Shown: one piece after another, positions 13,875 through 25,674 of the stretch
How the letters are laid out: each line of letters starts with the position of its first letter
How positions within the stretch are numbered: the stretch's first letter is position 1
NCBI GenBank assembly: GCA_951406725.2
Contig: OX597821.1
Location: 10,540,001 to 10,604,000 of the forward strand
From: Octopus vulgaris
Taxonomy: Eukaryota
DNA: 64,000 nt
Direction of reading: 5' to 3'
Made by a program: the position numbers and the translations under genes
The notes under the pieces: model-generated
Seen by the model: only the letters and a program-made list of their open reading frames with translations
What the model was told of the DNA's origin: nothing
The model's database searches: none

Positions 13875-14353
13875 ACCTAGTTATAGATCTAACTGTTCCC
13901 ACTGATAAAAGCATATAGGCCAAGGGCTTTGACAAACTAAGTAAATATAAGGAAATGGAATTTGAAATAGAAAAGAAGAGGCATCTTAAAACAAGAAATG
14001 TTCCTGTTATTGTAAGTGTCCTATGTATGATAGAAAAGGGAAGTCATGAACATCTAGATAAAACCCCAGGAGTGTCATGTCTCAGAGAAATCCAAAACGT
14101 TGTTCTGATAGTTATTGCCCACATCTTTAGAAAAACCCTATCCATTTAAATGTCTGTGTTGTATTACATGAATATATTTCCCCTCCCCAAGCTTTCAGTC
14201 ATACTGTAACATCGCTTATTCTTCACTCGCCCCAGGACGCTAGGTGTGTCTCGGCAAGTGACTGCAGAAAACATGCAAATTAAAAATATCAAGAACAACA
14301 ACTACAACAACAACAACAACAACAACAATAATAATAATAATAATAATAATAAC
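13875..14353 (+). mobile_element. R4/Dong LINE 3' fragment (RLE C-terminus, 3' UTR, (CAA)n(TAA)n tail)
   Basis: IDLTVPTD..FDKLSKYKEMEFEIEK..VPVIV..AHIFRKTLS, paralleling 1770-2155. Confidence 0.8.
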
Positions 14354-15104
14354 AAAAATATGTTGATGATAATAAACGTAAATAAAGCATTAAAAACGTT
14401 ATATATAAAACATTACTTTATCCCTCTCATCTTATGTATTTTTGTAACCTTTCATGCTGCAGTATGAAAGGAATAATGAAATTACCTTTGTCTTTTTCTG
14501 TTACGAATCAAAACATTTTTGATTGCACAATTTTAACAGCACAACTTTACACTCATGTGTATATTTTGGCATTATCAATAGATCAGCAGACAAATTATCT
14601 TGTGTTATACTTTACTGCTCTCCTTGCTTTTCGATGCTATTCAGGGATTTATAAAATAAATGAAATATAATGTTATGGTGTTGCGTTAATTGACTAATTA
14701 TCTCATGTTTCATGAAACGGGTTGATGTATTATACTAGACGTGAATTCCCATTAGATCCGCGAAGCTCCACTCCATAGAAAGTGAAACACGATTTGGTTT
14801 ATATTGCATCCATAAACATTATATTTAACATATGATATTGCTACCAACGCATAGTCCTCAACTCCACCGCCATCCACCAACTCACACGTAGGCTGTCAGT
14901 CTCTCAAAATAAAGGCTGAACTATTACGATCAAGAATAACGTATGTGAAAACCTTAAACGAAAACACATTAACAATATTTCATCTTCACCGGTTTTCCGA
15001 CGCTCACTACGTGTACAATATACGCTTTCGGGAATGGGCAGCTTGATAAACATTGATCCTCGAATCGATCGGAAAGTATTGTAAATACAGATATTATTTT
15101 CTGG

Positions 15105-15485
15105 CCCTAAATTTTATGAGTGGTGGGGATAGTTGATTAGATCAAGTTTCAGTACGCAACTGGTACTTGATGTATCGACCTCGAAAGGATGAAAGGCAAA
15201 GTCGACCTTGGCAGAATTGGGAACGCAGAACGTAAAGACAAACGAAAAAGCTATTTCTTTACTACCCACAAGGGACTAAGCACAGAGAGGACAAACAAAG
15301 GCAGACAGAAGGATTAAGTCGATTATATCGACCCCAGTTCGTAAATGGTACTTATTTAATCGACCCCGAAAGGATGAAAGGCAAAGTCGACCACGGAGGA
15401 ATTTGAACTCAGAACGTAACGGCAGACGAAACACTGCTAAGCATTTCGCCCAGCTTGCTAAGGTTTCTGCCAGCTCACCGCCTAC
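15105..15485 (-). mobile_element. Two adjacent copies of a tRNA-derived SINE with a Meta-like central domain
   Basis: Core CGACCCCGAAAGGATGAAAGGCAAAGTCGAC repeated; head GGCGGTGAGCTGGCAGAAAC on the minus strand. Same family at 18570-19017, 28485-28680, 42320-42530 and 51714-52168. Confidence 0.85.
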
Positions 15486-16971
15486 CTTTAAATGAAGATA
15501 TTGAAAATACTTTTCTTTATTGTATTTAACTTTGATGAATAACTCTAAGGTATGCAAATACTACTCCACGATTTTTTAACTACTTTAATTTGAAGTTCTC
15601 TTCGTAATATTGATCGCTGTAAAAGAACTGCGTAATTACATCACTTCCAATATCGCGAATGATATACAGATACGATTCATTAGCAAATGTATCAACCATA
15701 TTTGAATATTAAACCCCTGATAGTTGAGACTTTCTTCTCCTTCCACTGTTGATATCTACTCTTCCACCGCACACTCACACAGAAATCAGACCCTTTTTCG
15801 CTAATTCTGGCCAAATATATTTTGTTAGACTTTCTCAAATTTGTTGCTATTTCCAAACGAAGCTGGTATTCGAAGTTTCCTGTAGCCGATGCACAATATT
15901 TAACCGCAATCCTTCTTTTAGCGAGGTAATTGAATGGCTCAGGTGGTTCTCCGAATTATTTAGTGTACATACGATCCGAATTTTAGTATAGCATAGCTAA
16001 GGAAGGAGTTTGTTTCCAAGTAACAGTACGTGATACTATTTAGTGCAGGAGGTTTATATTGAGTAGATGATTTGAATGACAATCGATTCAACTCTCCAGG
16101 AAATGTTATTTATTCTTAACTCTGTCACCAAATATAGTGAACATCGATATTTATTTAACGCAAAAATAGCAATCGGTAAACTTAAACTCGGTTCTAAATT
16201 TTATTCCCTTACTTTGGATGAAGGAATTGTGCACATGACCATGAAACATGCGCTAACATCTGCGGAATAGTGGTGATTAATTTTAACTCTTCATGAACTG
16301 TAATTCCAAAGCTTAAGATAAGAAGTACACACAGGAATGAAATTACACCGTAATATTTCTTTATTGAGAGAAATTACAGGTATAGGGAATGTGGTTTGCG
16401 CAGAAGGCGTGGACAATGTATGAGCGATGAGATTCTGATCTACGTGTCGACTTTATAATCCTTTTCCACATGTTCCTATTAGTATTCTTCAAACGTAGCA
16501 ATGAAATATTTCATGCTTCTCTGAAATGAAATAATAACAAGGCCTAGAAAGTATGTAGAAAATTAATGTTTGGGACGGAAAGATTATACAAAATTGATGG
16601 AAGAGGCTGAAGACATTGTATAATAAACAAAATTATGAATGGCAGAAACACAATGTTTACACAAAACTAAATAAACGAGTATCATGAAATGCACCATAAG
16701 TAAAACATGCTATTTATATTCAAATTAAGATAACCTAAACTTCATTTGACACGGTACTCTACAACAATGATGACACCCTCCGATCGTTTGAATGGAGAGT
16801 TGTTTCGGTTTGTGAAGTTCAAAATTTACGTAAAGTAGCATTAGTATTATAGTGGAAATATAATGCATTGTGAAGTGTATATGATATTTACCTACTACTC
16901 TGTATTTTGCATTTCATTTTTGGTTCCGACTTCACTTTGACACGGCTCGTGTATATTAAATATATGGTTTC

Positions 16972-17543
16972 TGGTTACAAATATCTTGGGTCATACATAT
17001 CATCATCTGGAAAAGACTTTCTAACTAGAAAGGGTATGGCCTGGTCGGCCTGTAATGACATGCATAAGATCTGGTTATCAAATCAAAGTAGAGACTTCAA
17101 ACTTGAAATCTTCAAAGCCACAGTCGAACCAATTTTACTATATGGCTCAGAAACCTGGACGTTATCAAAGAAGCTTGAGAGGCGGTTGAATGGAACCTAC
17201 ACTCGCCTCCTTATGAGAGCTCCAAATCTCTCGTGGAAGCACCATCCAACCAAAACGCAAATATATGGGAAACTACCACCTGTATCATCTCTTGTGAAAG
17301 GTAGGAGAGTCCAGTTTGCTGGACATTGTTGTAGAGCTGAAAAAGAGGCAATTTCTACTCTTCTCCTCTGGAAGCCATCTACTCGTAATACCATAGGGCG
17401 CACACTCTCCTACCCTGATGTAATCTCCATGGATACAGGCATCCAGCAACAGGACCTCTGTAATGCCATGATGGACCGTGAAGTCTGGCGCAGCATGTTA
17501 AATTCCATTGTCTCGACCACGGTCGAACAATGATGATGATGAT
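16972..17543 (+). mobile_element. RTE-clade LINE, 5'-truncated, open RT C-terminus and (TGA)n tail
   Basis: YKYLGS..PILLYGSETWTL..RRVQFAGHC.R..GR..DREVWR; tail TGATGATGATGAT at 17531-17543. Confidence 0.9.
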
Positions 17544-18569
17544 ATTGCATATATATTTTTAAATCAGAATGTTACGTATGCTGTTGACTGTAAATTGTAC
17601 TTTATTCATATCAAGGGCCAATTGTACTTTCCTGATCGTCTGTTTATATACACATAGAATCCGTCAGCTAGTGAGTTACTTTTCCGTCTGAGGTGTATTA
17701 AGCCACACATTTTTATTCTTGTGCTTAATCGGTCAATCCTTGTTTTATTTCGTCCCAAATTTCCTTCCCTTTTCTGCCAAGAAATCTAGTTTTTACCATT
17801 GATATTTCCCTAGCACCCTTCGTAAAATTTCGAAAGAATGGTGCTGTAATGACGAAGTACTTATCACTTCTGTGATTGGCTCTCCTTTTCTACACCGGTT
17901 TTGTTGCTCATGTAATTAAGAATCCTCAATCGGTAATGAGGACGCCGGTTCTATTTGCGAACTCACTTGTGTACTTGGCATCACCCACATTACGAATATT
18001 TCCATGTATCACTGTTTTTGATGTTGCTCTAGTTTAGATTTGATCCAAAAAGCTCTTAGAATAAATTTCGCTAACATATATGTAACAGGATCTAACAGGT
18101 TTTTTTTTAATATGGCATGTGCGATTGTAGGTTCCTGAAGAGTGTCGTATCCATGCTAAATTCACCCAAACGCTTATCATTAAATATATTATCAGCATTA
18201 GGCTCGTGTCTAAATTGAACTACGACAGAAATTGTTAGCAAGGGATATTCTTGATTTTGCAGTCAACCATGTTAATTCTATATTTTGTACTTTTTTTATC
18301 TTGTAGCATTACTAATGTATTCTCATGTCCAATGCATTGATGTATGCCATAGCATTAGATTATATATGAATGTAAACCGATTGCAAATTTCAATGATCAT
18401 ATAGTATAACCTTTATGCTTGTAGACCATAGAAAAATTTACCTTGTGTCCGTATTTGAAATAATAAATGTAAATTACTTCTTTCAGTTAGATGAGCAGAT
18501 TTATTACGGCTTTGACAAAATATTCGCAGGGAAGTAAAAAATAGAGCAATATTATTATGACCTAGTTAT

Positions 18570-18770
18570 GGCCCTAGTGTTTAACTGGTACGTATTTTAC
18601 CGGCACTAAATAGATGAAATGCGGTGTAGCCTCGGAGGAATGTGAACTCAGAACATTAAGACAGATGAAATGCTCTTAAGTATATTTCCCCGACGCGCAA
18701 ACAATTCTGCCAATTTTCCACCTCAGTAGTATTACTACTAGTAGTAGTAGTGGTAGTAGTAGTGATAGTG

Positions 18771-18801
<31 letters not shown>

Positions 18802-19017
18802 AGCTTTCTTTACTGGCACACGTAAAGCAAATTTGAAGAGAATACTATGCCAATTACATCAGACACTATGCTTGAGTAATACCTTTTTTTTCTCGAACCT
18901 GATTATAAAAGGCAATGGTTTTCGCCCGTGGGATTTGAACTCCCAACGTAATGAGCTGGAAAAATACTGTTAGTCATTTTGACTGATGCTGGAATGATTC
19001 TAAGAGCATGCCGCCTA
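18570..19017 (-). mobile_element. Two old, diverged copies of the Meta-like SINE separated by (GTA)n
   Basis: Diverged GGAATGTGAACTCAGAAC and GGATTTGAACTC motifs. Confidence 0.55.
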
Positions 19018-20288
19018 AAATACAAACACTATGATCTTAATAGTAATAGGACTATAATAAAAAGAAAATAACTGCAATTCTATATGTTAATTGAATAACG
19101 GTTACATAACGTCGCAATTATAGAAACTTATGCATATCTAACACAGAAATTATTTTTATTCCTGTATGCTAAAATTCGTATACACAATAGTGAATGCTAT
19201 GATACGATACGTTGTCGTGTTTATATATTCATATAAGCCATTAATTGTATGAAACCTGTATTTTTTAATGGTGTTCAATGCATTGATAAAAATATAAAAA
19301 AAACACTATACACTTTCGCCTCTGCTTAAAAGACTACGGTTTCTGAGGGAACCTCTGTATCTTTGGTTCCTTCATGCTATTGTGTTCGAAAAATAAATGA
19401 TTCTTTTGTCGCTTTTTTTTCCTATGAGTAAGACAAAATCAAAACTAGAGTTTGCCTAACTCATTTTCGGTTTTCGATATTATTGCAACTGATGTCACTT
19501 CATCTATTAGAGTAGCTGCATTCAATAGACATACTGTTATCTTGTATATCAAAGAGAGTAGTATAATACTATTTAGGCTATATTTATTGACAACATTTGT
19601 AATCAATATCAGTACAGATGCATGCATAACATAAAACAAACACTGAAAAGCAACGGGTTATCATACATGTGTTCCCTAAACATTGCACAGTAAATAAAAT
19701 ATATTCAAAAGCTTCGTAACATATGATTATAACAGGGTTATATATACCTGCACGTTACAATATATATAGAAAAGGATTGCGAACAAATGATTTTTTAAGT
19801 GTTCGTAAGAAAGAAAATTAAATAAACAGAATGGGTATTATTCTTGTTTAGTGTAGAAGATTCAAGCTAGACACGATTTGATGTATCCAGGCAACCCACT
19901 GAGAATTTATTATGTAAACTTACGTGAAGTGATAGAGACAGAGAAAGGAAAGCCTCAGTTTTTTACGATATAGTTTTTAAGGGCAAGGAGCCGAAAGAAC
20001 TGGAAGAGTAATAAAGCGAGAGCATAAATGCGAACAAAGAATAGAATAAATCGATTTAATATTTTGACTCGGAACGTAAAGGCTACCGATGATTACAGAG
20101 CATACTCATAGGAAAATCGATGTAATAAAAGATATTCAATCATAGCTATCAGACTGTGAAATATGGGTGCGAGGTAAACAATCTTAGGACACAATAATTT
20201 ATTCCGCGTTCAGTTCACTCGTGCAATAATTTCAGAAAATATCTTTCATCCCCACAAAATAAAATTCAAAAGAATCGCTTATATACTG

Positions 20289-20319
<31 letters not shown>

Positions 20320-20456
20320 CAATAATAATAATGATAATACTAATAATAATAATAATAATAATAATGATGATGATAATGATGATGATGATGATGAGGATGA
20401 TGATGATAATAATAATAATTATAATAATGATAATAATAATAATAATAATAATAATA

Positions 20457-20755
20457 AATTCAAAAGATAGTGCTCATGGGAACTGCTCATATCCTACGCA
20501 AAATACTTTCTATGTAATCTCAAGGTTTAAAACGAACAAAATTCTCGGTTTAAAAAAAAAAAAATTTTTTTAGACATTCATTAGTACAACACTAAAAACT
20601 CCCCCCAAATATATGGCACACTAGGCATAACGACAACCTGAACTTCCAACCTGTTGTCTCTTGAGGTCTCTGGGTGAGACTTGGAGCCAACTTGTACAAA
20701 TATAAAGCAAAACTCAAACATAGAATAATAATAATGAAAATAATAATGATAATAA
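20457..20755 (+). mobile_element. Short R4/Dong 3' end inserted in (TAA)n
   Basis: IQKIVLMGTAHILRKILSM* followed by 3' UTR; TAA tracts on both sides. Confidence 0.75.
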
Positions 20756-20756
20756 A

Positions 20757-21257
20757 TGCCCTTATGCAGTACAAGGCAGTGGCTCTCATGGCTTCTTATC
20801 TTAACTGATTGGAGTTGTTATCATGTACATTATTTTGTTTTGGTATAAAAGATGGGCTACACCAAATATTCTGCTCAATACCACAGATTTACTTGTCAGT
20901 TGCTTGACCTTAACCAGTTGAGCATGGCCCTTAGTGGCTGACGATACGTGCATCTTTGATGATGTGCCGAGGTAGTGGGGGAGCATCATAGCCATGTGTG
21001 GAGAGGAAGTCTTCACCTTCGGAAACATAGGTGTTTCGTTCAACATCCTTAAACAATCCTTATTCAGAGATCTTCGAGTGGGATGGGCTACTCGACATGA
21101 AGAAAATTCTAACTGGGCCCCACCTGCAAGATCACCACATTGCGCACATATGGCTGTGATGCATGTACCTGGTGTACCCTTATTAGACGATGGGTATACT
21201 AGGCTTCGTATATTTTACCCCAGTGTCACTTTGATGGCATGCGCTGCTCTCTCACTC

Positions 21258-21258
<1 letters not shown>
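20757..21258 (+). mobile_element. Non-coding (AAT)n-tailed retroposon, copy 1
   Basis: Direct repeat of 21321-21878; ends CTCTCTCACTC(AAT)n. Confidence 0.75.
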
Positions 21259-21296
<38 letters not shown>

Positions 21297-21320
21297 TATT
21301 ATTATTATTATTATTATTAT

Positions 21321-21877
21321 TATGCCCTGATGCAGTACCAGGCAGTGGCTCTCATGGCTTCTGATCTTAACTGATTGGAAGTGTTATCATGTACATTGTT
21401 TTGTCTTGGTATAAAAGATGGGCTACAGCAAATATTCTGCTCAATACCACAGATTTGCTTGTCAGTTCTTTGACCTTAACCAGTTGAGCATGTCCCTTAG
21501 TGGCTGACGATATGTGCATCTCTGATCACGAGCAGAAGTAGTGGGGGAGCATCATAGCCATGTGTTGAGAGGGATTCTTTGGGGTTTGAACAGTTCACCT
21601 CTGGAAACATGGGTGGTTCTTTCAACATCCTTAAACAACCCTTATTCAGGGACCGTTTGAGCGGGATGGGCTACTCAACCTGAAGAAAATTCTAACTGGG
21701 CCCCACCTGCAAGGTCATGTGCTGTTTATCTTGATATGAGATCACCATGTCACGCACATATGGTTGTGATGCATGTGCCTGGTGTACCTTTATCAGACGG
21801 GTAGTCATGATGGGTATATTGGGCTTTGTATATTTTACCCCAGTGTCACTTTGATGGCATGAACTGCTCTCTCACTC

Positions 21878-21878
<1 letters not shown>
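21321..21878 (+). mobile_element. Non-coding (AAT)n-tailed retroposon, copy 2
   Basis: Same start (ATGCCCT.ATGCAGTAC.AGGCAGTGGCTCTCATGGC) and same end as copy 1, with fewer internal deletions. Confidence 0.75.
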
Positions 21879-21909
<31 letters not shown>

Positions 21910-21944
21910 TAATCATAATAATAATAATAATAATAATAATAGTA

Positions 21945-22007
<63 letters not shown>

Positions 22008-22009
<2 letters not shown>

Positions 22010-23310
22010 GACTATATATACAACGTATAGAAGGTGGTAGAGGCCTTATACAACTGGAAAACTACTATAAAATAACCACCATAGAACTGCAAAAAGATCT
22101 ACTTCAGAAGGAAGGAAAACTGATACAAATAGCGGCAAAACACGAGCAAAACAAAAAACTGTTCTCAGTATTTAAGGAAGCTGAAAATACAAACAAGAAA
22201 TCATACCACCTAATAAATATGAAGAAGAAGAAGAAGAAGAAGAAGAAGAAGAAGAAGAAGAAGAAGAAGAAGAAGAAGAAGAAGAAGAAGAAGAAGAAGA
22301 AGAAGAAGAAGAAGAAGAAGAAGAAGAAGAAGAAGAAGAAGAAGAAGAAGAAGAAGAAGAAGAAGATTAAGAAACAACAAAAGCTATAAAACAAATGAAA
22401 TCCAAACTAAAAATAGAACAGCAACGAACCATGATAAAACGATGGCAAGAAAAACCCCTTCATGGTAAATACTGGACTAAACTAAACGCAAAATAAATAG
22501 ACAAAGAAAATCCCGGCAATGGTTGAGAAGCTCAGGACTCAAAGCAGAAACAGAGGGATTTTTAATTGCAGCACAAGACCAAAGCCTCCCCACCAGAAAT
22601 TACCAAAAACATGTAATGAAAAGAAATATAACAAGTAACTGCAGAATATGTGGAGATGGACAAGAAACAATAAATCATATTATCTCTGGCTGCCCAGTCC
22701 TGGCTAAGAAGGAATATATTCACAGACATGACAGAGTTGGAACCTACATACATTGGAAGCTATGCCAACATTATGGAATAACAACAGAAAAAAGATGGTA
22801 TAGGCACACACCAGAAAAGGTCACAGAAAACGAGAAAGCAACCATACTCTGGGATATGCCGATACACACAGATAGAGAAATTAAGGCCAACAGACCAGAT
22901 ATAGTTGTCAGAGATCATGAAGAAAAAAATGCTTTCTAATTGATGTATCAATACCGGCAGATGACAACGTGTCTCTAAAAGAAATGGAGAAACTCTCAAA
23001 ATACAAAGACCTGGAAATAGAGGTAACCAGAATGTGGAATCTGAAAACAGAAACAGTTCCTATCATAGTAGGTGCATTAGGCATGATAAAAAAATATTGA
23101 CAAATACATAATAAAAACACCAGGACTTACAAACACATATAACATAAAGAAAATTGCACTACTAGGCACTGCACACATCCTACGCAGAACACTTTCCATA
23201 CAATAACCATCAGAGTATCACAACAAATCACAGCACATACCCAAGGCACACAGAGCTGCGCTCGGTAGTGAAGTGAAAGCACGCTATAAAAATAAAAATA
23301 AAACTACTGA

Positions 23311-23398
<88 letters not shown>
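22008..23398 (+). mobile_element. R4/Dong LINE, 5'-truncated, with internal (GAA)n expansion and (TAA)n tail
   Basis: ORF 22523-22939 has CRICG..ETINHIISGC, RHD and NRPDIVV; (TAA)n on both sides; (GAA)n at 22221-22366. Confidence 0.92.
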
Positions 23399-23399
<1 letters not shown>

Positions 23400-23437
23400 T
23401 AGCTGGACAGGTGAAAAACACGGTAAACATTAATCAG

Positions 23438-23760
23438 CGGTGTATATTTCGTTTGTTACTGGTATTTACGTCATCGTTCGAGCGTTTGCACTGTTTTTAG
23501 CTTTAAGGTTTAGAGTCAGGGTCAGGGTTAGGGTTATAGAGTTTTAGGTTAGGGATAGAGTTAGGGTTAAGGTTTTAGGGTTTTATGGTTAGGGTTGGGG
23601 TTTTAGAGTAAGAGTTACGGAAAAAATGAAACATGAAGCACGATCGGTTATGGTGGTGAAATGAAGTAAACATTCTTCAGATACACTCGTCCATTCATAC
23701 AAACGTATCTGAGATGAAATATGTCATAAATAACAGTGACAGACGAAATATATACCACCG
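23438..23760. mobile_element. MITE-like element with ~37-bp imperfect TIRs and internal degenerate (TTAGGG)n
   Basis: CGGTGTATATTTCGTTTGTTACTGGTATTTA versus TAAATAACAGTGACAGACGAAATATATACCACCG; telomere-like repeats at about 23503-23620. Confidence 0.6.
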
Positions 23761-24073
23761 GAAGTTGTTATTGCAAATAACAGCCGTAATTTTATTCAGT
23801 TTAAAACACGTCACTGATTGGTTAAAATTACCGAAATACGACAATTTTAACAACAAATAACTTCCATTATACAGAATTTTCTCTCAACAAAGCTAAGAGT
23901 AAAAGATGTTTTATGTGACACCTTCTACCAGTATACGAAGTTTGAAAGAGTTTAGTTACAAAAAATAATTTTTTTTAAATCTGTCGGTCAAAAGGTAAAT
24001 ATTCTACTTTTCTCGCGATGTGATAAACATTTAAAAACAGAATACACCGTCACCACTTACTATCTCTCTCACT

Positions 24074-24586
24074 TGTAAATAAAGTTGTAAATATAGTCGA
24101 GCTAACGGTTCCTCATGAAGATAATATGGACGCCGCTCGGGTTCGAAAATTGAACCGTTATGAAAACCTCCTCGAGGAATGTGAAGACGCAGGCTGGAAA
24201 GCGGAACATTTTCCTATCGAAGTCGGATGTAGAGGGTTTGTTGGACACAGCGTGAGACGACTGTTGTTATCGTTAGGCCTAACTCATCGTAAAGTCAATA
24301 CCACCATGACTGATATCCAATCTACAGTGGAGAAGGCTAGCCACTGGATTTGGTTAAAAAGAGACGATGAGCGATGGCTAGAAGTATATTGAGTTTTTCA
24401 TAACCAGCTGATCTAGCAAGCGGGGCCTCATATCAGTGAGGGGGGGCCGATGCGCATTGATGCCGTCGAGAGGTAGGCCCCGAAACGGCGCGCATTCTCT
24501 CCTGATGACCCCATACACTTGCTACCTTCCGGTATACGGAGCTTTTAACTGGTAGCACTTGCATGTGCAAGTTGTTTGCAAGACAA
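24074..24586 (+). mobile_element. HERO-type RLE non-LTR retrotransposon 3' end
   Basis: IVELTVPHEDN..RKLNRYENLLEECEDAGWK..PIEVGCRGF..EKASHWIWLKR; flanked by duplicated sequence at 23977-24073 and 24587-24655. Confidence 0.85.
24414..24524 (+). ncRNA. Putative non-circularly permuted hammerhead ribozyme with intact core; predicted cleavage after GUC (C24467)
   Basis: Stem III GCCGU(24462-66)/ACGGC(24485-89); stem I GAGAG(24468-72)/CUCUC(24497-501); CUGAUGA 24502-08; stem II GGGGCC(24443-48)/GGCCCC(24476-81); GAAA 24482-85. Accessory helices AUGCGC/GCGCAU, CCUCA/UGAGG and UAGCAAG-GGGG/CCCC-CUUGCUA. Confidence 0.75.
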
Positions 24587-24729
24587 AAATCTGTCGGTCA
24601 AAAGGTAAATATTTAAAAACAGAATACACCGTCACCACTTACTGTCTCTCTCACTCTCTACTTTTCTTCTACTTCCTTTCTGAAACATTTAAAACACTAA
24701 ACGAACGCCATAACCTCTCTCTATCTCTC

Positions 24730-24769
<40 letters not shown>

Positions 24770-25370
24770 ACTCTCTCTATTTTCCTCTCGTTCTCTCTTA
24801 CTTCCTACTTCCTCTCCTCTCATCTGTGTCATCCTGTCTCTCGTTTTGCTACTGGCTTCTTTGAAGTAAATGTGACGCACAGCACAGACGCCGAGAAAAA
24901 ACGAACACAACTAAGCGTATTAATACTTTTGATATTTGTAGATTTACTTATTTGAATCATGGTTGCAGGGAGGTGAAGATATCAACTAAGAGAAACAGGT
25001 TCGTGTGTGCATACAGGTGTAATTGTGTATATGTATGCTGATTCATAAGGGAAAATATGAAGATGGTTTTATATCTCAATATTAGCATAGCATCTTTTCT
25101 TTTAAGTGCATCATCACATCCCACCTCTTCTTTTGATTTTCTATCCTTTCTTAATGATTCAAAATTCTGAAAGCCTTACAGAGATTATTATGTAATTAAA
25201 GTTTCCCCTATTCTAACATAAGACATACGTTATTATTAAAGAGAATAATTATTAATACAAATGACAGCTGAATCTCTGTTGTAATTGATTAATTGAATTA
25301 CGATTAGATTCTCAATGCATAATTCAGTTTGATGTATAATATGTATAACTATTGGACTTAAATATGATAC

Positions 25371-25520
25371 GTAAATATATGTAGGTGGTTGGTGAGATTC
25401 GGTAAATCTCTGGATCGGTGTCATTCTTTTGCCGCAGCCCTTCTTCACCTACGTATTTGACGTAAAATTTCACGGTGAAGAACTCTTTCGAAGCCACCGG
25501 AACGTCCGATGATTCTTGTA
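25371..25520 (-). CDS. Candidate internal exon of an unidentified host gene
   Basis: Acceptor TTTATCAACAG; open frame VQESSDVPVASKEFFTVKFYVKYVGEEGLRQKNDTDPEIYRISPTTYIYL; 150 nt, phase 1-1 (an alternative donor gives 72 nt ending at 25449). No family recognised. Confidence 0.35.
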
Positions 25521-25674
25521 CTGTTGATAAATACGTCAGCAGGTTTATCAATACTATGCAGTATTGGAATGCTTTTACTGTTACACGCATTTTTCCGTAT
25601 CTCCATTTTAAGGACGTTCTCTCAATTTGACCAGTGCCAGTGTTCGTCAGCTGCCTAATATTTGTGTAACATAT

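Noticed and set aside
23503-23620. Telomere or telomere-fusion site
   Set aside because: Short, degenerate, single orientation and enclosed in inverted repeats.
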